Virus genome (UHGV): UHGV-0332176
DNA length: 64,000 nucleotides
Reading direction: 5' to 3' (one strand)
From: a virus
Shown here: positions 26,924 through 36,497 of the stretch, piece after piece
Position numbering within the stretch: the first letter of the stretch is position 1
Layout of the letters: each line of letters begins with the position of its first letter
The notes under the pieces: generated by a model
What the model was told of the DNA's origin: nothing
Seen by the model: only the letters and a program-made list of their open reading frames with translations
Databases searched by the model: none
Made by a program: the position numbers and the translations under genes

Positions 26924-28858
26924 ATGAAGACTTTAATTGATATTTTAAGAATTTGTTCAGATTATTATACAAATACAGGTGATTATTATATTTTTGATGA
27001 TGACGATAAATTGGTCTTACAAGAATATGGTATTGAAGCTGATATTTCAACAGATGATGTATATGACAGTTTATATGATATTGGAAAAAAATTTTATCCT
27101 AATGATATTTTCTTTTTATCTGTTGGTTCAGAAGTTAGAGGTGATAAAGTTAAATTGCCTATACCTTTAGGTTCAATGACAGAATGTAAAGAAGATGAGT
27201 TATTAAAATGGATTTCTCCAAATGAAGAATATATGGTGTCTGCAAAATTAGATGGTTGTTCTTGCTTGTGTTGCTATGAAAATGGGCAATTAAAAATTGC
27301 TTATTCTCGTGGGGATGGGGAAAATGGACAAGATATTACTCGTATTGTTAATACTTTTGAAAATTCAATTCTTTCTTTAAGAATTCCTGATAATGTTATG
27401 ATACGTGGAGAAGTTATTGTTTCTAAAAATAATATTCCTTTGATGATTGATGAATTATTTAAAGAAACTCATTATCGTTATAAAAATGGACGGAATACAG
27501 TTGCTGGTCAATTGAATTCTAAAACTTGTGCAAAAGCATTTTCTAAATATGCTCATTTTGTAGCTTATAAAATTATGGATTTTAATGGTTCTGAAGAAGA
27601 AATGTTTCAAAAACTTGAAAATTATGGTTTAGAAACGGCTCAACATTCATTAGTTAATGGTAAATTTGTAACTGAAGAAAGTGCTAAATTAGGTGTACAA
27701 TCTGTTAGAGACGATTATGAATATGAGTGTGATGGAATTATTTTTACTGTAAATAAAAAATCTGAAAATTATAATGGTTATGAAACAAGTACATATAATC
27801 CTAAAGAATCCAGAAAATTTAAAGTTGGTGCAGTTGTTAATTCTGCTGAAACTGAAGTTGAATATGTTGAATGGAATGTTTCTAAAAATGCAATTTTAAA
27901 TCCAAGAGTTAAAATTAAACCTGTAGATATTAATGGAGTGACTATTGATTGGGTAACAGGTCATAATTATAAACTTATTGTTAATAATAAAATTGGTCAA
28001 GGAGCAAAAGTTGTTATTACAAGACGTGGTGATGTTATACCATATATTGAAAAAGTAATTTCTCCGTGTTTACAAGATAAAATTGGTATACCAACTATTG
28101 ACCGCTCATTTTGGGATGTTGATGAAAATGGAGTTTTTGCATTTTATTATGAAGGTTCAGATGAAAAATTAGATAATATTGTTGCTTTACAACGTTTAGT
28201 TTATTTTTGTAATAAATTAGGTGTTAAATATGCAGGGGAAGGTAATTTAACAAGAATTATGACATTTACTGAATTAAATACAATGACACCATTTAATCTT
28301 ATATCTTTACCTGTTTCTGTTTTTACTCAAACAATTGGAATTAATGGAGTAAAATTATATTCTTCATTACACGATTGTTTAAAACAAGCAACTATTCAAC
28401 AATTAATGGATGCTACTGGGGCTTTTGGAGATGGTATAGGTGAATTAAAACTTAATAAAATTGTTGATGTTTATGGTGAATTGGTATTTGAAAAAGAAAA
28501 AATTTTACAAGTTGAAGGATGGTCTGATATTTCTGCTGACCAATATTGTTCACGTTATGCAATCTTTTTAAATTATGTAGATAAGTTTAGAAAAGCAAAT
28601 GTTGATTTAAAGTATTCGGCAGTTGTTAGAGAAACAGATGATTTACATAATATTGTAGTTTGCTTTACAGGAATTAGAGATAAAGAAATGGAGAGAAATA
28701 TTATGTCCAGAGGTGGAAAAGTTGTTTCATCTGTAACAAAAATTTGTAATTTATTAATTACTAAAGAAGAAAATAGTACATCATCAAAGGCACAAAAAGC
28801 CAGAGAGAAAGGAATTGAAGTTATATCATATGAAGAAGCTGTAAAAAGATTTAAATAA
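26924..28858 (+). CDS. ligA: NAD-dependent DNA ligase (LigA-type) with C-terminal BRCT domain
   Basis: The adenylation motif SAKLDGCS...YENGQL...YSRGDGENGQDIT matches the LigA consensus KxDG...YxNGxL...TRGDGxxGEDIT. The C-terminal ~80 aa are BRCT-like. Confidence 0.8.
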   Translation: MKTLIDILRICSDYYTNTGDYYIFDDDDKLVLQEYGIEADISTDDVYDSLYDIGKKFYPNDIFFLSVGSEVRGDKVKLPIPLGSMTECKEDELLKWISPNEEYMVSAKLDGCSCLCCYENGQLKIAYSRGDGENGQDITRIVNTFENSILSLRIPDNVMIRGEVIVSKNNIPLMIDELFKETHYRYKNGRNTVAGQLNSKTCAKAFSKYAHFVAYKIMDFNGSEEEMFQKLENYGLETAQHSLVNGKFVTEESAKLGVQSVRDDYEYECDGIIFTVNKKSENYNGYETSTYNPKESRKFKVGAVVNSAETEVEYVEWNVSKNAILNPRVKIKPVDINGVTIDWVTGHNYKLIVNNKIGQGAKVVITRRGDVIPYIEKVISPCLQDKIGIPTIDRSFWDVDENGVFAFYYEGSDEKLDNIVALQRLVYFCNKLGVKYAGEGNLTRIMTFTELNTMTPFNLISLPVSVFTQTIGINGVKLYSSLHDCLKQATIQQLMDATGAFGDGIGELKLNKIVDVYGELVFEKEKILQVEGWSDISADQYCSRYAIFLNYVDKFRKANVDLKYSAVVRETDDLHNIVVCFTGIRDKEMERNIMSRGGKVVSSVTKICNLLITKEENSTSSKAQKAREKGIEVISYEEAVKRFK

Positions 28859-28863
28859 TCTCT

Positions 28864-28869
28864 TGACAA
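28864..28869 (+). promoter_or_regulatory. TTGACA -35 element within CTTGACAAAT motif
   Basis: Follows the pattern of the other early-promoter motifs; the -10 is weak. Confidence 0.3.
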
Positions 28870-28890
28870 ATAAATTTTATATGTTAAATT

Positions 28891-28927
28891 AAACTCATCA
28901 ATTGATTTTTTGATGAGTTTAATTTTT
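28891..28927 (+). terminator. Intrinsic terminator after ligase
   Basis: AAACTCATCAA-8 nt-TTGATGAGTTT is followed by AATTTTT. Confidence 0.55.
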
Positions 28928-28938
28928 GGAGAAAGAAA

Positions 28939-29418
28939 ATGAGTCAAGCATTTGAAAATTTGATTACGAAAATTGATAATCGTTATTCTTCTTTTGTTGA
29001 ATTTGAAGAATTTGATTATAATGAAAAATTGGTTGAAGAAGTTTATTTTATGTTATATTGGTTAGATAATCACGGTATTGATTTGTCTAAATATGAATCC
29101 AATAATCTTGAAGATAGTGATGGACGTTTTCTTGGTATTGAATATTCAACAGAAATGGATGATGGAAATTGGTTGTATATTGAAGTATTGTTTGATGAAG
29201 AAAATCCTAAGTTGGATGAACCTATTTTACGTTTGTTTTATATGAATAATGATGAAGATTATGATTATTCAATACTTGAACTTGAATGTGATAAAAGTAA
29301 TCGCTTGAAAATAGCAGAATATCTTCAAAAAATTGAAAAATTGATGAATGTAAAAGATAAAGATGGTGTAATTGCCTATATGAAAGAGCTTGGTGCGAAA
29401 TGTCCAGAAGAAGATTAA
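28939..29418 (+). CDS. Hypothetical acidic protein (159 aa)
   Basis: ORF with a GGAGAAAG RBS. Confidence 0.5.
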   Translation: MSQAFENLITKIDNRYSSFVEFEEFDYNEKLVEEVYFMLYWLDNHGIDLSKYESNNLEDSDGRFLGIEYSTEMDDGNWLYIEVLFDEENPKLDEPILRLFYMNNDEDYDYSILELECDKSNRLKIAEYLQKIEKLMNVKDKDGVIAYMKELGAKCPEED

Positions 29419-29990
29419 AAGCTAAAATTTCATTTTTTGATATTGATGAAACAATTTTTCATACCCACGCTTTAATTAATGTTGTTAAAGATGGTGAAAT
29501 TGTTAAAAAGTTAACAAATAAAGAATTTAATACTTATAAATTACAAGATGGTGAAGAATTTGATTTTTCGGAATTTAGAGATTCATTAGTATTTTATAAT
29601 ACTTCTAAACCTATTAATAATGTTATTAAATTGGTTAAACGATATATTGATAATATTAAAGGAAATGATAGAGTTATCTTTTTAACGGCTCGTGAAGATT
29701 TTAAAGATAAAGAAAAATTTCTTGATACATTTAGAAAATATGGAATTAATATTGACCATCCTAATGTTTATGTAGAAAGAAGTGGTAATTTAAAATTTAT
29801 TGAAAAAGTTCATCAGCGAAAAAATTTTATTGTTAGAAAATATCTTAAAACAAAATTATATTCTGATGTTAAAATGTATGATGATAGTCATAATAATTTA
29901 TATAATTTTATGATGTTACAAAAATCATTTCCTGATTGTAATTTTAATGCTGTGCAAGTTATTGGTAATGGAAAATTAAAAAAGATTTAA
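29400..29990 (+). CDS. HAD-superfamily phosphatase-like protein
   Basis: Has FFDIDETIF (DxDxT motif I), VIFLTAR (motif II) and a K...DDSHNN (motif III/IV-like). Confidence 0.5.
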   Translation: MSRRRLKAKISFFDIDETIFHTHALINVVKDGEIVKKLTNKEFNTYKLQDGEEFDFSEFRDSLVFYNTSKPINNVIKLVKRYIDNIKGNDRVIFLTAREDFKDKEKFLDTFRKYGINIDHPNVYVERSGNLKFIEKVHQRKNFIVRKYLKTKLYSDVKMYDDSHNNLYNFMMLQKSFPDCNFNAVQVIGNGKLKKI

Positions 29991-30003
29991 CATTATATTC
30001 GTA

Positions 30004-30089
30004 AAATGTTTGCATTTTTAATACTATATTTGGTAAATGTTTGCATTTTTATGCTTTTTTAGAATTAAAAATGTCAAATGTTTGCAGGT
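30004..30089. promoter_or_regulatory. Three direct copies of a dyad-symmetric site AAATG-TTTG-CATTT (operator-like array)
   Basis: AAATGTTTGCATTTTTA occurs at ~30004-30020 and ~30035-30051. A partial copy AAATGTTTGCAGG is at ~30077-30089. Confidence 0.45.
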
Positions 30090-30140
30090 AATAATACTTT
30101 TTAATTTATTTTAATTAAATATTCTTTAATTTTTTATTTT

Positions 30141-30190
30141 GTTCTGGTGCTATTTTTAAAAAATAGCACCATAAATATTTTTAGAACAAA
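30141..30190. promoter_or_regulatory. Nested perfect palindrome GGTGCTATTTTT/AAAAATAGCACC flanked by TTTTGTTCT...AGAACAAAA
   Basis: A 12-bp inverted repeat with no loop, plus an outer 9-bp inverted repeat. It lies 30 nt upstream of the 30217 gene. Confidence 0.45.
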
Positions 30191-30216
30191 AAATAAGTTT
30201 ATTCAAGGAGAAAAAA

Positions 30217-30870
30217 ATGAGTGGTGTTATTGACCCAAATACAGGTAAACCTTTAAGACATTATGCACAAGATTTAGTTACAAGAGCAAGATATATTATT
30301 ATTTCATTACAAAATGATACAGACCCTGATACTTGTTCCGTTGTTGATATTGATGCATTAGATGCCGATACAAGAGCAGAATTGGTTAATTTAGTGAATA
30401 GTGATGAATGTCAACATCAGCCAGAAATTTGGAAAGTTTTAGATAAAAAATATTTTATGAATTATCCAAAACAAACAATGTTAAAAGTTTTAAGAGGTTT
30501 AAAACAAATTCGTATTGTTAAATCTGCTCAAGTTGCAATTCAATGTCCAGATGATGTTGTAAGAACACCAAAAGATATTATTGAAGGTTTAAATGTTTAT
30601 TATGCAACAAAATCAAATCAAAATAGATTTGGAATGAATCCTTATGCTGATTCTTCTTTACCTTCTTTTGTTACAGCTAAACAAGAAGCTCCTGTTTCTT
30701 CAGCAGTTGTAGAAACTCCTGTTCCTACCCCTGTTGTTGATGCAGTAGAAGTTAAAGAAATTAAAGAAATTAAAGAAGAAATGAGTCAAATGAAAGAAAC
30801 AGTTAATACTTTAACAAATTCTATTGCTGATTTAGTAAAAGCATTATCTGAATCTAAAAAAGGAAAATAA
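30217..30870 (+). CDS. Hypothetical protein (217 aa) with Pro/Val-rich linker and C-terminal coiled coil
   Basis: ORF with a GGAGAAAAA RBS. Confidence 0.5.
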   Translation: MSGVIDPNTGKPLRHYAQDLVTRARYIIISLQNDTDPDTCSVVDIDALDADTRAELVNLVNSDECQHQPEIWKVLDKKYFMNYPKQTMLKVLRGLKQIRIVKSAQVAIQCPDDVVRTPKDIIEGLNVYYATKSNQNRFGMNPYADSSLPSFVTAKQEAPVSSAVVETPVPTPVVDAVEVKEIKEIKEEMSQMKETVNTLTNSIADLVKALSESKKGK

Positions 30871-31160
30871 TGATTTCAGATACGTGTTGGAAGAATATAT
30901 TAAGTGATGTTTTCTCTATTTTTCTGCCGTCTTCTGAATTTGTAAGTGAAATTGAAGTTTGTTGGAAAGATGACATAAAAAAAGTTTTTACAAGTTCTGG
31001 CGAATTATTAGCTTATTTGTACGTTTTTCAAGATAAGGTTGATTATGACATATATGATATTAAAGAATTTCATTGTCATTTGAAAAATGAAAAAGAATTT
31101 AAAAAAGATGTAGAATATTTAATTCAACAAATTTCAGATAAAATAAAAAAGGGAGAATAA
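30870..31160 (+). CDS. Hypothetical protein (96 aa)
   Basis: ORF with an ATGA overlap to the previous gene. Confidence 0.45.
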   Translation: MISDTCWKNILSDVFSIFLPSSEFVSEIEVCWKDDIKKVFTSSGELLAYLYVFQDKVDYDIYDIKEFHCHLKNEKEFKKDVEYLIQQISDKIKKGE

Positions 31161-31178
31161 ATTCTCCCTTTATTTTTT
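31147..31178. terminator. Bidirectional terminator between convergent genes
   Basis: AAGGGAGAAT-AA-ATTCTCCCTT lies between A- and T-runs. Confidence 0.6.
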
Positions 31179-31665
31179 ATTCTTCAACATCCTCAACAAA
31201 TAAAATAGCCGATGCAGTAATATTCATATTAATACCATTTGTATTTCCAACAATTCCTGCTGGACAAAACATACAAAGATATTGTGATGGAGTTAATGTA
31301 ATATTTTTTTCAATATAAAAAGAAGAACCAGGAACGATTCTAATATCGTGAGCAATATAAGTTTGAATATTACTATTTGAACCATCTTTAATATATAAAT
31401 CTATTGATTTAAAATTTTTAGGTTCATATCGTGGATAAGTATGAGTATTTTCATCATATTCTTCAATTCTTGGGTCAAAAACATTACAAATATATAATGA
31501 ATGGACTTGAACTGTTGAACCTTCTTCTCTTAAAACTTCACCCATACTACTTGAACCAGATAAAACATTAGTAGTATTTTGACCTGCTAAAGCAGATGGA
31601 ATAATAATTTTTTCAGTACCAACTTGTTTTGAAACAGATAAAAAATTTTTAAATATTTCAGCCAT
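31177..31665 (-). CDS. Hypothetical protein (162 aa)
   Basis: ORF with no motifs recognised. Confidence 0.5.
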   Translation of the reverse strand: MAEIFKNFLSVSKQVGTEKIIIPSALAGQNTTNVLSGSSSMGEVLREEGSTVQVHSLYICNVFDPRIEEYDENTHTYPRYEPKNFKSIDLYIKDGSNSNIQTYIAHDIRIVPGSSFYIEKNITLTPSQYLCMFCPAGIVGNTNGINMNITASAILFVEDVEE

Positions 31666-31756
31666 TAGAAATCCTTAATTTTTAATTATAATAATATTTA
31701 TTGAAAAGCAAATGAATGATGTAGTAGAATAAATAACAAAGTTTAATGAGGATATT

Positions 31757-33238
31757 ATGGTAAAATTATTAATAACTTATAAAGATTATATTCATTGTAC
31801 AGTTCACGGATTATTATCAGCTGACTTATCTGCTTGTGTTAAAGAATTTAAGGTTTTTATCCCTTCAGCACGATTTCAAGCATCTTATAAATTAGGTCGT
31901 TGGGATGGTTATAAACAATATTTTACGGTTACTGGTCAAACTTATGTAAATTTATTACCTCGTATTTTTGAAATTATTGATTTATCAAAATATGAAATTG
32001 AATATGTATATCCTGATGATATTATAAAAGACCCTGATTTAGGAGATGATGTTGATTCAAACTATTTTTCTTATTTAAATTGGTATGATGGTCATTATAA
32101 AGAAGGAGAACCAATTATTTTAGAAGAACATCAAGTTAGAGTTATTAATACTTGTTTAAAAAATCATCGTTGCATTATTGATGCTGCAACTGGTTCAGGA
32201 AAAACACTTATTTCAGCAGTATTAGCTAAAAAAGTATTACCTTTTGGAAAAACAATATTAATTGTTCCATCTAAAGATTTAGCATTTCAATCTGCTAATG
32301 AATTTAAACAATGGGGGTTAGATGCTGGTATTGTTGGTTGTGGTATAAGAGATTTTGGACACGATGTAACTGTTTGTACTTGGCAAACAATTAATTCAAT
32401 GGAGCGTTCAAAAAAAGAGAAACCATTAACTATGGAAGAATTACAACAATTAAAAGATGGGGTTATCTCATTAATTTTTGATGAATGCCATCAATGTAAA
32501 TCATATCATATTCAACAAGTATGTGATTCAACTTTTAAAAATGTTCCAATTAAATGGGGTTTGACAGGTACAGTTCCAAAGGAGAAATCTGATTATTATT
32601 GTTTATATACTTCATTAGGCGGTGTCGGAGCAGTTGTTGAAGCAAAGGAATTACAGGATAAAGGATTTTTAGCTAATTGTAATATTAATTGCATTCGTTT
32701 AGAAGATAATACATTAAGTTCAGATTTTACAACTGAAATTAAATATTTAGAATCTAATGATGAAAGAACAACATTTATTGCACAATTATTACATTCAATT
32801 GTACAATCATCAGGAAATACATTAGTTTTATTAAGTCATATTAATTATGGTGAAAAATTAACAGAAAAATTAATAAATTTAGGTACAAATGCTATTTTTC
32901 TAAATGGAGAAGTTAAATCAACAAAACGTTTTGAAGAATATGAAAAAATTAAAACTGAAAATAATAAATGTATCGTTGCAATTGATAAGATTGCTTCAAC
33001 AGGTTTAAGCATTTCACGTTTATTTAATTTAGTTTTTATTGATTATGGAAAAGCATTTACTAAAACTATTCAATCGGTTGGTCGTGGACTACGATTAGCG
33101 AAAGATAAAGATTTTGTTGAAATTTATGATATATCTTCAACAACTAAATATTCTAAAAAGCATTTTAATGAAAGAATTCATTATTATGATGAAAAAAAAT
33201 ATCCATTTAGAATTTTGAATATTGACAAATGGAAATAA
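31757..33238 (+). CDS. SF2 DEAH-type DNA helicase (UvsW-like)
   Basis: Has Walker A AATGSGKTL, motif II FDECHQ, and motif VI QSVGRGLR. Confidence 0.7.
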   Translation: MVKLLITYKDYIHCTVHGLLSADLSACVKEFKVFIPSARFQASYKLGRWDGYKQYFTVTGQTYVNLLPRIFEIIDLSKYEIEYVYPDDIIKDPDLGDDVDSNYFSYLNWYDGHYKEGEPIILEEHQVRVINTCLKNHRCIIDAATGSGKTLISAVLAKKVLPFGKTILIVPSKDLAFQSANEFKQWGLDAGIVGCGIRDFGHDVTVCTWQTINSMERSKKEKPLTMEELQQLKDGVISLIFDECHQCKSYHIQQVCDSTFKNVPIKWGLTGTVPKEKSDYYCLYTSLGGVGAVVEAKELQDKGFLANCNINCIRLEDNTLSSDFTTEIKYLESNDERTTFIAQLLHSIVQSSGNTLVLLSHINYGEKLTEKLINLGTNAIFLNGEVKSTKRFEEYEKIKTENNKCIVAIDKIASTGLSISRLFNLVFIDYGKAFTKTIQSVGRGLRLAKDKDFVEIYDISSTTKYSKKHFNERIHYYDEKKYPFRILNIDKWK

Positions 33239-33271
33239 TTTTTCGTATAATTTTATAAAAAAGGAAATAGA

Positions 33272-33832
33272 GTGGAAATATTATTACCAGAAAATAAGCC
33301 ATTTAATTTGAATCAACCAAAAAATAAATTAATAGATTCAAAAATGTGTGTATTTGATTATTCTGATAAAGATGATAAAGATTTTTTATTTAAAAAAATC
33401 ACAACATTTTTTTCATATGGTTATCATATGGTTGAATTACAAATTGGTGAAAAATATAAATTAGAAGTGCCTTTAAATTGGAGAATAATGGTTATTAATG
33501 ACCACGATTTAATGTGTCAACTTATATCAATAGATGAATTATTGCATTTTGAGCATCAAACAGTTATTTTTAATCCTTTTTATGTTGGTATTCCAAAAAT
33601 TGTTGACATTAAAATAAATTCTGTTAATATAAATAAAGTTCAATGTTTTGTTCCAAAATTACCAAAGAAAAATTTATTAGTTGTACCATTAGGAACTAAA
33701 CAAGATTGGAATAATAAAATCATTAATAAATCAACTGGTGAAATATCTTATTATCCTGATTGTATAATGATGTGTGATGATATAGATACATCAAAATGTG
33801 AATTAGATTTATATGATGATATAATTGTTTAA
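33272..33832 (+). CDS. Hypothetical protein (186 aa)
   Basis: ORF with no motifs recognised. Confidence 0.5.
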   Translation: MEILLPENKPFNLNQPKNKLIDSKMCVFDYSDKDDKDFLFKKITTFFSYGYHMVELQIGEKYKLEVPLNWRIMVINDHDLMCQLISIDELLHFEHQTVIFNPFYVGIPKIVDIKINSVNINKVQCFVPKLPKKNLLVVPLGTKQDWNNKIINKSTGEISYYPDCIMMCDDIDTSKCELDLYDDIIV

Positions 33833-33857
33833 TTTTTATTTTTGTGGGAGAAAATAT

Positions 33858-34355
33858 ATGTCAGTATGTGCGGTAAGAAAAACAGCCGATGCAATTACAG
33901 TAAGTTGTGATACACAATTAACTTGTGATACAACAATTTCATCTCAATTTTTAGAATCTACTAAAATGTTTGAAAAACACGGTATTATTGTTGCTGGTGC
34001 TGGACCAATTAGAGAAATAAATCTTTTAAAAATTTTTTTAGAAAAGAATTTAATTGGTGAGCCATCAGAAGAAAATATTTTGATGTTTATGTTTGATTTT
34101 TCTCAATTTAAACAACAAATGGGTTTACCAGTTGAAATAGAATGTCAATTTATTTTTGTTATTGGAGATAAAATTTTTAGTGTTATTCAAGGAGAAGTAT
34201 TAGAAATTCCCGAATATTACGCAATTGGAAGTGGACAAGATTTTGCTCAAGCAGCATTATTTTTAGGTCATTCAACAGAAGAATCAGTTAAAGTTGCTTG
34301 TAATTTAAATGTTTATTGTCACGAACCTATCAAAACGATTGTAAGGCAACTTTAA
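33858..34355 (+). CDS. HslV/proteasome-beta-like Ntn-hydrolase peptidase
   Basis: VAGAGPIREINLL and AIGSGQDFAQAALFLG, plus the C-terminal NLNVYCHEPIKTIV, align with HslV blocks (IAGFAGGTADAF, AIGSGGPYAQAAA, ICIYTN). The start was set to the ATG after a GGGAGAAAA RBS. Confidence 0.45.
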   Translation: MSVCAVRKTADAITVSCDTQLTCDTTISSQFLESTKMFEKHGIIVAGAGPIREINLLKIFLEKNLIGEPSEENILMFMFDFSQFKQQMGLPVEIECQFIFVIGDKIFSVIQGEVLEIPEYYAIGSGQDFAQAALFLGHSTEESVKVACNLNVYCHEPIKTIVRQL

Positions 34356-34362
34356 AAATTAA

Positions 34363-34398
34363 AATCCTTTCAATAAATATCCATTGAAAGGATTTTTT
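34363..34398 (+). terminator. Intrinsic terminator
   Basis: AATCCTTTCAAT-8 nt-ATTGAAAGGATT is followed by TTTTT. The tool TTG start at 34384 lies inside this hairpin. Confidence 0.55.
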
Positions 34399-34950
34399 AT
34401 GGATATTATAGATTCTCGTAGAGTATTTGATGATGACTATGCTAAAATGCGTTATACATTATATATAAAGAAAATTAATACATTATTAGAAAATCATCAA
34501 AAGCCCCATAATAAAAAATATAAACAAGGATTTTTTATTCCAAAACGCCCTTTAAAAGTTATGAATATTATGGAAACAACTGAACCTCAACCAATTGTAT
34601 GGAGAAGTGATTGGGAAAGACAATTATGTGAATGGTTAGATTCTACTGATGCTATTACTAGATGGGGTTCAGAAATTGTTCAAATATTATATCGTGACCC
34701 AACAAAAAATAAAATGTCTTTCTATACTCCTGATTTTTATGTTGAATATTTGGATGCGAATAAAGTTTTAAAAAAAACTATGATTGAAGTTAAACCATTA
34801 AAAGAAGCATCTTTAAAAAAAGCATCAAATGGATGGGATAAAATATTAGTTGCAAAAAATGCTATGAAATGGGTAGCAGCAAATGAATATTGCAAAAAAA
34901 GAGGGATAACATTTAAAGTTATGCACGAGCATAATTTAGGAATTCTTTAA
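34399..34950 (+). CDS. Hypothetical protein; possible PD-(D/E)xK-like motif (TPDFYVEY...MIEVKP)
   Basis: Start moved to the ATG at 34399 (MDIIDSRR...). Confidence 0.45.
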   Translation: MDIIDSRRVFDDDYAKMRYTLYIKKINTLLENHQKPHNKKYKQGFFIPKRPLKVMNIMETTEPQPIVWRSDWERQLCEWLDSTDAITRWGSEIVQILYRDPTKNKMSFYTPDFYVEYLDANKVLKKTMIEVKPLKEASLKKASNGWDKILVAKNAMKWVAANEYCKKRGITFKVMHEHNLGIL

Positions 34951-36447
34951 TGAAACCCAATATTTATATGCTCTTTTAGCTAATCTTTCTTTATTTTCAT
35001 TAGTTAATTCATTAAAACTACCACTATATTGGCGAATAAAATCTTCAAAGAAATCTTTAAAATTTTTCCAATCATTAATATTGAAAATATTTTTTCTAAT
35101 CCATTCATCAAAAGAATGTGTTGTTTCTTGAAAGAAAGCATTTTGTTCAATTGGACTGTTCCAATATGATTTCATTCCTGATTGAGTAAATAAATTTTGT
35201 TCTTTTGGTTTATAAGTTTCAGTTCTTCGGATTTCATCAATTAAATGAATACATTCGTGAACTAATGATGTTATTGCTAATTCACCTTGTGATTTTAAAA
35301 ATTTAATAAAATCTTTTTTAGCCCAATCTAAAATATATTTTGATAATTCAACTCTATATTCTTCATCATTATCTGCGTATGTTGATTTTAATTTTGAAAT
35401 AATTTTATTATTTTTATTAACTAAAGTTGTTATATAATCCCATAAATCTGAAGTCATTGCTGGAATAGCAATTATACCATAATAATCATCAATAGTAACA
35501 CCAAATGAAAATGTTGTTTCTTCATTCATATCAGTAAATTTTATAAGATACCCTTTATTTGAAGCACTTATAATAGGTGAAGTATTTTTGAAATCATTAG
35601 TAACATCAATAAAAAATCCATCTGAACCTGTTCTTAATTTTGTATTTTTATCAGTAATTTTTTTAATAATTATTTTAGTTAATTTATATGCTAATTGTCT
35701 ATATTCTTTGTCTTGTTCAGCACTTTCTTTAATTAAATGTTCTTCTAATGATAAACTTTTGTCATAATTTTTATTAATATAATCTCTAAGGTCAGCAATT
35801 AATCCATTGCTTCTTAATTTTTTAAATATTAAATTTTCTTCTGATAATTCTCCGCCTGAAGATAAACCATTTTTTCTCATATCATAAAGTTCATCTAAAA
35901 CTAAATTAGCTTCATTAGAATTATATTCTGATGAAAGAATATCTTGAATTTTATTAACTAATTCTTTATATTTTGGAGAATCTTTAACATCTTCAATTTT
36001 CTTAGTTATTTTTTCAGGTTTTTTTAACCATTTATCATATTTAATAGAATATTTTCCACCTGCTTCAGCTGGTTTTCCTGCATCTTCTACATATAATTCA
36101 ACAGGATGTCCATAAATTGTAATATCGTGATTATTATTAAATACCGTTTTTTTAGCATTAAAATAATCTTGTAATAAATCACTATTTATATCATAATCAT
36201 CAAATTTAACAACAATATGTAAATCAATATCAGAATCTGGATTAAAATTAAAATTTGCCATTGACCCTGTAAATTGTATGTCAGTAATATCTAAATTCAA
36301 ATCAAGATATTCAATGAAAGCTGATGCAATTTGATTAAGTTTATTATAAACTTGAGGTTTTAATTCTTCACCGTTCCAAATGTCTTTATTTAAAGTTTCA
36401 CTAAATTTAATTGTATCTTCTTGTAAATTTAAATCTTCAAGTTTCAT
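34936..36447 (-). CDS. Hypothetical protein (503 aa)
   Basis: ORF with no motifs recognised. Confidence 0.5.
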   Translation of the reverse strand: MKLEDLNLQEDTIKFSETLNKDIWNGEELKPQVYNKLNQIASAFIEYLDLNLDITDIQFTGSMANFNFNPDSDIDLHIVVKFDDYDINSDLLQDYFNAKKTVFNNNHDITIYGHPVELYVEDAGKPAEAGGKYSIKYDKWLKKPEKITKKIEDVKDSPKYKELVNKIQDILSSEYNSNEANLVLDELYDMRKNGLSSGGELSEENLIFKKLRSNGLIADLRDYINKNYDKSLSLEEHLIKESAEQDKEYRQLAYKLTKIIIKKITDKNTKLRTGSDGFFIDVTNDFKNTSPIISASNKGYLIKFTDMNEETTFSFGVTIDDYYGIIAIPAMTSDLWDYITTLVNKNNKIISKLKSTYADNDEEYRVELSKYILDWAKKDFIKFLKSQGELAITSLVHECIHLIDEIRRTETYKPKEQNLFTQSGMKSYWNSPIEQNAFFQETTHSFDEWIRKNIFNINDWKNFKDFFEDFIRQYSGSFNELTNENKERLAKRAYKYWVSLKNS

Positions 36448-36497
36448 AATTTTTCCAATATAAATATGTTATATTAATATTTATTTAAGGTATAATA

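Noticed and set aside
30004-30089. Possible CRISPR array from the repeated AAATGTTTGCATTTTTA units
   Set aside because: There are only three copies, with irregular 33/42-nt spacing and 17-nt units. They show internal dyad symmetry typical of protein-binding operators, and no cas genes are present.
30217-30870. Assignment of the 30217 product as late sigma factor gp55 or a transcription factor
   Set aside because: Its position downstream of a complex operator region is suggestive. However, no alignment to T4 gp55 (or to HTH motifs) could be made by eye, so it is left as hypothetical.
34384-34398. TTG-initiated N-terminal extensions reported by the ORF track (34384, 53493, 61755, 8415)
   Set aside because: The proposed TTG codons lie inside terminator or promoter hairpins of the preceding gene, and an in-frame ATG with an RBS follows 4-27 codons downstream. 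The starts were moved to the ATG.
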